A DNA stretch of 64,000 nucleotides from Mytilus trossulus (Eukaryota): contig NC_086386.1 in NCBI RefSeq assembly GCF_036588685.1, forward strand, positions 18,042,001-18,106,000. Direction: 5' to 3'. Shown here in pieces: positions 26,401 through 38,379 of this stretch. Below the pieces are notes generated by a model. That model was given only the letters and a program-made list of their open reading frames with translations, did not search any database and was not told where the DNA came from. Each line of letters opens with the position of its first letter. Position 1 is the first letter of the stretch. The position numbers and the translations under genes are program-made.

Positions 26401-28479
26401 TGATCTGAGTTCTTCATCCATAACACCTTGTTGTTTTCCTGCATCATGATTATTTCTATGGGAATGTGAGGCATACACATCTGGAGTCTCCTGTTGTCTT
26501 GTCTGTGTCTCATTGTTATAGTTGTTTCTGTCATTATGTGTTGTATTTACATACTGTACCATTTGTGGCGACATATATCTTGTCTCGTCGGTCAACCTTG
26601 ACGGTGCTTCGTCAATCTTGCCTAACCTAGTGTCAAGTTGATTTTCTTGTTTTACGTTTTGCTGATTGGTCAGTTTTGAATAAGAAGCTTCCTTTTCAAC
26701 TTGCCGCATCTGCATCAAAATTCTTGCAAGGATTTATGCATGTACAGATTTTGTAATTATTATTTTTATGAAATTTGATATTTTTTTTTTAATTTGATAG
26801 CAAATTTCAATCGTAAACTAATGGTTGTTAGAAAGTTCATAAATAAATGATTCGAATAGTTTGAAAAAAATTTAACACTAGATAAACATTTGGCCAAACA
26901 ATAAAGGTAAGATAACCATAATGTAGTTGACTGTTTGAAGATGTCACTTTGTTACTTGATATAAATAAATATTTTTTGGTTTATCTAGATATAGACGGTG
27001 TGTTAAAATATACATACGATATCGGAATACACTCGATTGAATCCCATAAATTCATTATTAGCATCTTTGATGTATCTTGATACCCTACTCCAATCTTCTC
27101 CTTCAGCAACGTTGGTAATTTCACGTAACCATTTGGACTGTACCTGTGAATAATCATGATATTTTCTATATTCATTAGATATATATTATTTAGAAATTCA
27201 TTTGTTCTTTAGGTAATATGTACAAAAAAAAGAAAAACCAAAAAAACTGAATTTTCGAACCAGTTTCATAGTTGTTACATATATGTTCTTATAATAAGAA
27301 ATTCAATGACCTTTTAAGGAAAGTATGGATATGATTATATATCAAGCAAAACTATAAATTGTAAGACACGATTATGTGAATAAATATTTGTAGAAAAAAA
27401 AGCATGGACATTGGTTTTGATAACAGTGAATTTAATAGACAAAATTTACATAGCCATCACAATATTCTCTTTTTTTCATTATAAAGCTCATCATTGTTCC
27501 ATGTTTCGTATATGTTATGAAGCATTGTCCGTTTTATCATGATGAGTTGCAAAAAACAATTATAACTTGTAATTAACTGATCAGTGCTTTTACAAGAAAC
27601 ATCAGAAACATGGATTACTATAATAAAACATACATTTATAAAACCTCTTTGTCTAAAGAATTCGTCAACGTAAGAAATACTCCTTCTAGCAACAATAGCA
27701 TCACTATGTGACGGATGTTCCTCTACATAGGGATCTTCAAATAGGAGATTGCATTTTGTTAAAAAATTGTCAAGTTTTTGAATATCCTGAAATGCCTGCA
27801 AAGATAAGTATAGTTATTTATTTAGTGTCAATTTCAAATACGAAGAATAATAATAAACTTATACATATACACCTTATGCATAGAATATCTTAGCTGTATT
27901 TTGCAAAACTTTTAGGAATTTTGGTCCTCGATGTTCTTCAACTTGGTACTTTGTTTGGCCTGGGGTTTTTTTCAACTTTTTCGGATTCGAGCGTCACTGA
28001 TGAGTCTTTTTCAGACGAAACGGGCGTCAGGCGTATATACCAAATTTAGTCTTGGTATCTATGATAAGTTTATATACATGTAATCTATCAGTGTAAAGTT
28101 GTTTTCGAATCGCTTCATTGGTTGATAGTGTCTGATTTTTTCAATGCTTTAATGACTTCTTGTTTCTGAATTTACCTTGAAGTTCTTTTTTGTTACACTT
28201 ATTTGCAAATAAAAGAGTGGATTCTTCTTTTATATGTATAGGTTTCTTGATAAAATACTTTCATTTCCATTCTTGATCCTCAATCCAAAAAATAAGATAT
28301 TTGAACTTAACTAGTGGGTATTTTACTATTGTAAATTTAAGGTAATAGAATATATATATATTTTAATTTAATTATAATACTTATCTATAAAATATCTATT
28401 GTTATTTACGAAGAAATGTTGTGAACCCAAGGATGGGATTAGAATAAATTTTACATACCTGATGTGTCGGTTCGATCAT
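23412..28479 (-). CDS. G4: MIEAP-like domain protein, class A, ~479 aa, 8 coding exons
   Basis: Exons 28479-28459 (MIEPTHQ), 27795-27634, 27143-27018, 26709-26288 (Q/N/E-rich linker), 25674-25464, 24944-24840, 24227-24126, 23702-23412. All GT-AG, open frame of 1440 nt. Motifs NNPNITDLSDINRPSKIAERFSNLYDDLWTDA, CIELTWLMNVQDPSMVLLW, VWPALLLYKDGPMVVKGVA. Confidence 0.88.
27865..28072 (+). repeat. Interspersed repeat family 5 (GAGCGTCACTGATGAGTC…AGACGAAACGCGCGTC)
   Basis: Further copies at ~6795-6900, 30120-30162 and, reversed, 29385-29555. Confidence 0.7.
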
Positions 28480-29574
28480 TTTGTTAAGTTTTGTGATTTA
28501 CCCGCCATAATTACATAGAGAAAATTGATAGTACTAGACACATTGAATTAAAGAACGAATCTACTGATCTATTCAAGTAGATCAACAGTTATCTATTGTG
28601 GAGAGTTCAAATCAATATTTGTAACAACAGAAAGTTTTAATGGTTGTTGATTTACTATAACAATTCAATCTAAAGAAAACCATAAGTCGACATTTTTGAC
28701 AATGCACATTGTCAAACAGTCTGTATAATGTAGTCTTATATTCCAAATATTTTAATTTATATTTGTATATGTATATTGTATTGCATTTTTAGATTAGTGT
28801 TATAAAACATGTATATTTATATATATATATATAATATGTGTAATGTTCTCATAGATTCAAGACATACATACTACATTTGTCTTCATCGAAAGCTTCTGGG
28901 TTTTTTTTTTTAATGTTTCCCTATAGTTTTACCTGTTTCACCATATTTTTTTATATATAGATTTAATCCTTCAATGAAATAGGTTTTTGTCTGCTTAGAA
29001 TACTCAGTTCTGTGTATTTATATTTATATATACAAGTTGATGTTTGAATACATTGAATGTATTGTTTTTCAAGCTAATGACAGAGGGGAAATTATGTACT
29101 TCTTAAATTAAAAATTAAATAATAACTTTTATAACTATAACAGCTGTGGAACAACTCCCAATTATCAAGACAAGGTTGTTGGTTTTTTTTATCTTCATAA
29201 CACATGGTTGTGAACGTTGTAAAACCATATTCATCATTAATGTTTCCATTTTTCAAATTAGTTTTACACCATTTGACTTTGGTGGATAGTTGTCTCATTG
29301 GCAATCGAATCAAATCTCTTCATTTTGATATTAGAATTTTTGGAGTATTCATTTGAGTTGTCATGTATAATCTAAATAGTTAGATAGTTATCAAAGATAC
29401 CTGGATTATAATTTAGTACGCAAGACGCGCGTTTCGTCTAGACAAGACTCATCAGTGACGCTCATATCAAAATATTTATAAAGCCAAACAAGTACTAAGT
29501 TGAAGAGCAATGAGGATCCAAAATTCCAATTGTGCCAAATACTGCTAAAGTAATCAATGTGAAACACTTTGGTA

Positions 29575-29862
29575 AGCCATGTTTATGTTCCACATACGAT
29601 AGTTGAGGGACATTGTGTTTTCTGGTCTGTTTTGGTCTGTTCGTTCGTCCGTCTGTCCCGCTTTAGGTTAAAGTTTTTGGTCAAGGTTGTTTTTGATGAA
29701 GTTTAAGTCAAATCAAGTTGAAACGTAGTACACATGTTCTCTATGATATGATCTTTCTTATTTTAATGCCATATAAGATTTTTACCCCAATTTTACAGTC
29801 CACTGAACATAGAATACGATAGTGCGAGTGGGGTATCCGGGTATTGGCGACACATTCTTTTG
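29575..29862 (+). repeat. Interspersed repeat with GTCY microsatellite (Helentron/DINE-like non-autonomous element, tentative)
   Basis: A GTCT/GTCC/GTTC run at ~29625-29658 is followed by a ~190-bp core shared with 25815-25998. Confidence 0.5.
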
Positions 29863-31393
29863 GTATCATGTTTTATTCACATGTTATTATCGCGTGTCTT
29901 AAGGGTAGAACTTATGTCTCCGGCATTTAATAAAAATTACGATTTGAAAGAAAATAAATTTGGTCAACTAATTGTCGTGTGAATCTTATATAGATATGTG
30001 TTAATTTTTAATAAAGAAATATGTCAGGATTTGTTGTGGCTGACTCTACATTATGGTTTACATGAAATATCACTGATATAGCCATATTTTGTAAATATAC
30101 TGTTTATGAAAAAAATATCCCGAGCGCCACTGATGATTTTTTTTAGACCAAATGCGCATCTGGTTTTGTTTACTAGCTATATATAGGCTGGTGTCAATTT
30201 ATCTTCTTGGTAAAACTCATGGAAGAGTATGAATATTTCTAGGCAAAAGTAGTTTTCTTATGTTTATATCTCATAAGAAGATACCAATTAAAGGAAAAAG
30301 AAACAAAACTTGAAAAGCTTAAGTTAGAGGCAACAGTAGTTTCCTATATTCAAATATCATTGATCCATCGAAGACACAACTCAAGGTAAAATAAAAATAA
30401 AATCAGCAAAAAAAGCGAGACAAGGTGTTTCAACCGGGTAAGCATACCCTGTTTTAATCAATTGAGAAGACAAGAATCATGATAAAAAAATGATAGAACG
30501 AATTGCATATGGATGATCGTAAAACATATGTAAAATAAAGGCAACAGTAGTATACCGCTGTTCAAAATTCATAAATCGATTGCGATAAAAACAAATCCGG
30601 GTTACAAATTTAAACTGGGTGAAACGCATCAAATATAAGAGAACTACGACACAACAGAAACACAACATGTAACAATTTCTGTCGTTTTTGTCAGACCTCT
30701 GTTATAGCAGTATAGAACCAGCACCACAGTCCTGTAAACGAAGTCCGTATAATGTGAACATGCAAGAGAGTGTCGTTTTAATAGAAATGTAAACATGTAT
30801 ACGATGATTTAAAATTAAACTGATTGATTATAACTGCTTATAAAAGGGAAGTTCACAATTGTAAAGTTTTTTTCACCATGTCTTTTATTTTATAGATTAC
30901 AGTTTGACGTCGAATATCTTACCACCCTTTATGTCCAATTTCTACTTTTCTTGTCCGACAATACATATCACAATTGATACAGCATAAATTGGTATCAGAA
31001 AAAAACAATATATGTATTGTATGTGACGGTTTTGTGAAACAAATCACCAATGAAACCAAGGTTTTAATTTTATACGCCAACAAAATGTTGATGTATGTAG
31101 TGGTAAATAAGTGGAATGACAATCACTATTCGTACTTTAATTCCTTACGATCATGTAAAATGTCTGAACAATAAACGTACAATTATGTCAACATACATGG
31201 TAATGTGGATAAATAAATAAAAAAGTAGTTATGTTTAGAATAAATATCTTTAGGGCAATTTTCATTTATCATGAGTTTCCGTAAATACACAGTAGAGTAT
31301 CCGTGCTTAAAATTTGCTAACAACCCCTGACAGCATTTCTCACTCCATAATTGTCAAAATAGTTTGATAGTAAGTAGATCTATTTCGATCAGT

Positions 31394-34300
31394 TTAATAT
31401 CTCAGTTGTGCAACTCCTTTCACGATAACAGGACCCTGATCGTGTATCAATAGAGCTGGCCATACTTCATGTTCCAGTTTGTTACCAAATTTTGTAAAAT
31501 GTCTGAAACAGTTTAATGATATTTCATTCTCATTTGTGTTCGGCCATAGTAGTCCCATCGGTGGATCCTGTACGTTCATATACCAAGTAACCTCGACACA
31601 TTTTTGAAGGTACTTGGTTACTTTGTCTAGTTTTTGGTATTCATCGATATCATATTGTTGTATTACATGATGTCGAAAGCTTGGCGGGTTGTATCTATCC
31701 TCAAAGTCCTGTAAATAATTTAAGTATGGATTAAATCATATGTTGTTGGTAACTTTAAACACTTAGTTTATAATATTACGCATTCTATGAAAGATAAAGG
31801 AGAAAATCAAATAAAGTATTGAATTATCCTCATTGGTTAGAATTTATGGGTAGTAAACAAGATTGCAAAATATACATTGAATAAAAAGGATCGACTTGGT
31901 ACGCTCTGAAATCAATTAGGTGGATTTAATTTGATTTTTATATAAAGTAGGTGTTCTAAGCTTATTCTCATCCAATCTTTTATTTTGGAATCTTTTACAT
32001 TTATCACTAGACTCAATCTCATTACTATAAATCATCATACATGTTTAAATTTGATGCTTATATATCTTGTCTGCATATTGTGTATTTTAATGTTGTGTTC
32101 ATGTTATTTTGTATTCGGTAAAGAGCTCTCAAGAGCTTATGTTTGTATTTGTATATGTGAACAGAATCAAAATAAAACTTTCGTATTCGTATAAAGGCAA
32201 CAGTAAAATTAAGTAGTATACCGCTGTTAAAATGTCTTATTTAGATAAAGTTACAAACGTATACAAAGTGAGACACATTAACTTAAGAAGAAAACAACAG
32301 AACAACAGAAACACTGAACAGCAACATACAAAAAGCCATACTATTTGATAACAACTGCTATATTCCTAACTTGATGCAGATACAAGACCTAATTTAATAA
32401 ACTTACTTTAATAATGATATTTAGACTTAAATCAGCTGTTTCCTTCACTACTTCTCTAGCATGTCGCTTCAAGGTGTAATCATGGTGTCTCTCTTTTAAC
32501 CGAACCTATAAATGTTATAAATAACCATACTTTGATTCAAATGTTTAACTTCTTTTGATGCGCTATGCATGTATGCTTTTGGAACTTTGTTAAATGATTT
32601 AAAATAAAAACAAATACATACTAATAGTTTTGCTACTTTCAGAATTTAATTTCTCAGGTTAGATATGAGTGACATAATACAGTCTTTAGTTTTCTATATG
32701 GTGTTACGTGTATTTTGTCAGCTTATGTTCGACTGATTATAGAGAATGTCCCTCTGGTATCTTTCTCCTCTCTTTAATAGTGGACAAGTTGTTAAAGGTT
32801 AATTAAGTGAATACAAATAAAAACAGAACGACACAAAAACTTCCAGAAATTAGCATACATATTTTCCTCACATTTCAGTATTTATACTGTCTACACACAT
32901 TAGTTTTTGTTCAGTTGCCGCAATAAAAGTTAATAATAGGGTCAGTAAATATTATTTTGTTGAAAACTAATTACCGTATAAGGTGTATGTCCTGGTGGTA
33001 CAGCCATTGTATCGTGAACTCTTAATGCCATGCTGTCAATCAAATTCCTTGCTTCTTCTCGGGTATATTGAAAAGATTTCTGAATGAGAGACGAAAGCAG
33101 CGGTTTTTACAAATGTATTTCAACACTCATCAACGATTTCATTGTACAATATTTCATGTTATTTAACAAACACATTATGTGTTTTGTTTCTTTCGAAATT
33201 GAATAATTACAGGTATCTTCTTTTCTTCGCCATTGGTTGTGAATTAAAGAAAAGGATCGATCATTTTTTTTTCTGGAAGTTGTTTTTTTTCCACATCATG
33301 TACCGAATAATTGTGTATAAAATCGACAGCACAGTTCAACAAAATAATCTAACCTAACATAAATGTAGCAACACGAAAAATGGCATCTTAAGAAAATCAA
33401 ACAGTCGTCTACTAAAGTGGAATATATATCAATGACACACACAACCCAACGAAACAATTAGCCCCTAGATTTTTTATCTAGTCGTCAGCAAACACATTTT
33501 CAACCCCGCCACGTTATGTACAAATGTATGTGCCTGTCAGAAGCCCGTTTTTCATTGGTTGTCGTTGTTGATGTATATCATATTTGTTTTTCGCTTATTG
33601 TTTCACAATTGTTATTTCGGGGCACTTAATAGCTTACTACATGGCATGTGATTTGCTCATTGTTTAAAGTTATACGGTGAGAAAGATGTATATTTGGAAA
33701 TCATGCCAGATTCTTAACTTTATGCATTTTTTATTACAATACAAATAACAGGAAGGAAAAAACGGCGGTGAATACATTTGGCGGCATGTTAACATGAGAA
33801 ATATATTTTTTTACAAACGCTTTACTTGCCTTTAATATGTCGGCTAAATCAACAATTATCTTCACTTCAGGTACTCCGATTCTATTTCTGCAGACTTGTT
33901 CAAAAGCATCAGCCCATTCAACATCAAACAGTTTTGTAAATAGATCAGCAATTTTGGTTGGGTTGTTTGTTAGCACCTGAGATGGAATATAGGAACGTGT
34001 TGAAATTTCGGGAACCGTTGCAGGAATCCGGAGTTCACTATATCTGTAATAAAATGCACATATTGATATTTTCGAGAAAATTGTAATCACTTCGTCAGAT
34101 TAGAATAAGAATGTACATGTCACTACAGGATACTTTCAATTGTGCTGAGATACATTATGTCACAAATATAACGGGTTACCATTTAATGTCGGAAGTAACC
34201 CAAAAGGTACTAAAAGGGAAGCAGGATCTAACCCTTTGAACCTCCCGCTTTTATTGTTATACGTAGGCGTTGTTTAAGCACTTTTTTGTCATATATTTTT

Positions 34301-36031
34301 AAATACACTTTTTGCATTATTATCTTCTCAATACTCACCTAAGACTATAAAGTAACTGGGGGAAAATAAAGTCACTTTTTAATGCAACTTTGGTATAATG
34401 TCATAAATTCTTACATTGTATAAGGAAATTATTATTCAACTTTACCATATATTAAAACTATAGTAATTTTAAGACGTGTTCAAGTATATTGAAATGAATG
34501 AGATATCAAATGATAATTACTTTGAAAAAAATGCTCAAACGTGCCAATTGGTTCTGTTGAAGAAAAATAGTTTCACTTCAATAAGAGGTACAATCAAACT
34601 TATTTTACCTGCTTTTCATGTCTTTGAACTCTTGTTTTATAAGCGTGTTTCGGTTGACCAGGTCTTGTCCTGTTGGAGGTGGTATTTTAGTGCCAGACCT
34701 TATAACATCTAACGTAAACTCTCTATTTAGAGGGTCATCTGGGTTTCTGTTGATCCTCGTATTCATATGGTTCATACTTCCGGTTCCTTCACCATTTATA
34801 ACGTCATTGTCTGATGGTTTATTTTTCAATGTGAATCCGTCAATATATGCCGGTCGTTTTGGCAGTGGTCGAGGTGATATTTGAAAATTTGCAGATTTGG
34901 ACTTTGAAGAACTGTATAGATATTGTGGTTTACTGTCATGCAATATTCGCTGTAATACAGATAATAACTGTAGAAATGACAGTATAGAATTGTAGAAAAT
35001 CCAGAATAAAGTACATTACCTTTCATTTGTGTTTCATGTATTTTATCTAAGACAGTTTTAATATCTATAGCACTATATTTACTATGAAATATCAGAAAAA
35101 TGAAAATAAATGATGTACAGTGAAACTTAAGCTTTGTATATTTCATACAAATGTAATGTATAAAAATCGAGAAAAGATTATTTCCTTAAGAAATCTTCAA
35201 TTGTTTATCCCATTTTCTGTATCGTTGTTTGCAATATATGCGTTCTTTTCGAATCTTTATAGTCCAGCAACTTTGTTAACTGTTCAAATTCAACAATTTA
35301 AAGTTAAGCCTTTTTACCAATGTATCATAGAAAAAAAACATGCCCATGATTCACAACATACAATTTCTGAATCGTAAGTCATTTTAGATCGTCAACGAAC
35401 TAGAAATTTACCTCATCAAATGCCATTCGTTTGATTTCATTGAATTGATCTACTGCGTCATCTATTCTCATGTCCATAGATGTCCATCGTCCTCTCATTG
35501 CTTCTTGTAACATGATCTTTAGTGATTCTACCTGTATGAATGGTCAAATAGGAAATATTAAAAGGATTTTCACATGAATTTATTGTAAACATACGTCTTT
35601 AAAAAGTTGTATTGTCATTCTATTTTCGAAAGTCAACACAGAAATAAAGTCTATAAGCACATTCGAAACAAAAAAATAAAAATAGAAATAAACACATAAT
35701 AAAAATTTACATTAGATCATCCAGTTCACCATAAGGTAAAATAATAGTTCCATGAATCTTAACCTCCAGATAATTTTACATTTAGATTATTTCATAGATC
35801 TTTTGTTATTTCATCTACAGATCTGAAATTGCTTACACTCATTTTACTTTTTTTTATCCTATTTGTTTCACTTACCCTGTCTTCTGTAACACCAGGCATG
35901 TTTTTGATCAATGCATCAAGTGCAATTAATGCTCTGCCAGCCATAATTTTATCTGGACGAACGGGTCCATACTGTGGGTCCAGAAAGGGGTCAAGGAAAT
36001 CTTCCAGTTCTCGGAATATTGTGACCTCCAT
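31394..36031 (-). CDS. G5: MIEAP-like domain protein, class A, ~449 aa, 7 coding exons, one GC-AG intron
   Basis: Exons 36031-35876, 35531-35412, 34949-34609, 34043-33830 (donor AAG|GCAAGT), 33079-32975, 32505-32407, 31708-31394. Open frame of 1350 nt. Motifs NNPTKIADLFTKLFDVEWADAF, CVEVTWYMNVQDPPMGLLW, VWPALLIHDQGPVIVKGVA. Confidence 0.85.
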
Positions 36032-37076
36032 CTGCCAATTAGATAGTCTGATGATTTTTATTACTAGTAATATCAAATTATCGGTCTACGTCTAAAAAAG
36101 AGCAAACAGACAACACAAAAATCCATCATACACTATACCGTATACGTGTGGCCTACTATACTTTGATATGTTTTATATAATATATATGAATTTATAACAT
36201 AATAATTTACAAATCATTAAAAAAGTAAGGTTCAACCTCATACAAAGTTTACTGTAGATGAATTTGACCATTTTTATGTCCCTTTCTGTCATATAGCACC
36301 TGATGTGTCGAATCTGTTACATATCCCTGGCTTTCTAAAGTTAAGTTTTTTTTATCGTTCCTGGTGAAGTTAAATCCCGGAAACGCGATCTCAATGACTT
36401 ATATTTACTAATTTTGCAATCGGTTTATGCACACTGTCAAATAACAATGAAGCGTCCAGGTTTATAGTATGTTATATAGAAATCAACTTATTTGCAGTTT
36501 AATGAATATGATAGACATGGGCATAACTGTAAGTTGCTTGCTCTACTGTACTGAGTTCCTTCTACATCACAATGAAAATACCAAAAATAAATGCACTCCT
36601 TTCTCAGTTTAATGCTGCACCCTCAAAGACCTTGTTTTATTTCATTTGTATACAAAGTGTAATTGTAATTGCCATTGAAAAAATTAACCTATATTTTGTT
36701 CCAGAAATAACACAAATTTTGTACCTTTGCATAAAAAATACTCACCGTTCATTTGATTATGGATACATATTTTACAAATACATGCCAAATCAAAAACAAA
36801 ATGGTGTGGACTTTCTATTATTAATAAACAATGAAATTAGATATCACCTTTACCAAAGTTACCATTTTGAATAAGTTAGTTCGTTTCGCTACAATACAAG
36901 CGATTAATTTACAATTGAACAATACCAAGATATACGGTTTAGCGTTTCGTTATATTTAAACAATACATTTATAACCAGAAAACCTACATGTATTTAAAAC
37001 CGATATTGTGTCCTTCAAACTTTTGTTTTGTTAATCCAGAAAAATCTAAACTGTTCTGCTATTTCAAAGTTGCATA

Positions 37077-37783
37077 ATACATCAACGTCAACTATCCGCA
37101 TACACTCAGCTTATTGTTTATTTTGTTGGAAAACTTTAAAAAAAAATTGTGTTTGTCAAATTACAATAATAAACTACGTTGCGAAAACTGCATCAATGAC
37201 AAAAGCCAAATATTGAAGAAATAGAATCAGAAACAGAAAGAAACTCGTTTTGTCTGCATAATGACAAGACATAGATCTATATGAAGTTGCATGTTTATAT
37301 TGCTGACATTTAGTCTCTAATCATTGATTGAGCATATTGGCTGTTTTGAAAAGTTTGTTGTCATACTTTCATTCTTTAGTGTTCTATGTTGTGTCAGGTG
37401 TACTTTTGTTTGTCTGTTTGTCTTTTTCATTTTTAGCCAGTTTATTTTCGATTTATAAGTTTGACTCTCCCGCTGGTATCTTTTGTCCCTTTTTAAACAC
37501 TAAATACATGTACTATCGACTGGTAGCATCATTTTATTCATCCCATTATACAAACTGAGAAGACATGTATTGTCTTAAATAAGTAACCAATGAACACATA
37601 ATATACATAATCTACATGTTTTTACTTGTAATAGTATTGCACCCCTAGATGTTGGGCTTTCAAAATCGTCAATAGACATAATACATCAACATCAACTATC
37701 CACACACACTCAGCTTATTGTTTATTTTGTTGAAAACTTTAAAACAATTCGTGTTCGTCAAGTTACAATTATAAACTACGTTG
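37077..37783 (+). repeat. Local ~105-bp direct repeat pair (37077-37181 and 37681-37783)
   Basis: ATACATCAAC.TCAACTATCC.CA.ACACTCAGCTTATTGTTTATTTTGTTG…TAAACTACGTTG occurs twice, about 600 bp apart. Confidence 0.8.
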
Positions 37784-37785
37784 TG

Positions 37786-38052
37786 TAGGAGTCTGTAATT
37801 CAGAGGTTGCCGTTTGTTTATGTGCTACATATTTGTTTTTCGTTCATGTTTATACATAAATAAGACGTTAGTTTTCTCGTTTGAATTGTTTTACATTGTC
37901 TTATCGGGGCCTTTTGTAGCTGACTATGCGGTATGGGCTTTGCTCATTATTGAAGGCCGTACGGTTACCTATAGTTGTTAGTGTTTGTGTCATTTTGGTC
38001 TTTTGTGGATAGTTGTCTCATTGGCAATAATAGCACATCTTCTTTTTTATAT
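37786..38052 (+). repeat. Interspersed repeat family 1 (…GAAGGCCGTACGGTGACCTA…GGATAGTTGTCTCATTGGCAATCATACCACATCTTC)
   Basis: Further copies at ~51745-51953, 59958-60052, 53043-53112, 48700-48960, 24500-24755, 33500-33720 and, reversed, 41265-41440. Confidence 0.8.
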
Positions 38053-38379
38053 AATCTTTATGGCTGCTGTGTCTCTCCAAAGTATAAAAAGCAATAGAAT
38101 GTAACAATACAGTTCAATATTTATACTTTCAAGCAATTTCACAAGGGATGTTAATACTTGAAAGATGTACGTTATAGGTATAATCCCAAATAAGTAATGA
38201 TAAAACGTTAACAACAGTTCCTAAGTCCGACAAAACACCACATAAATGAAGAAAATAGTGATTTCCGGTTCCAAAATTGAGGCAAATTAATACGTAAAAA
38301 ATATTTTCATAATTTTTATCAACTTAACAAGTGATAACACTCTTAGTTAAGTTTAAATGCCTAGTTTGGTAAGAAAGAC

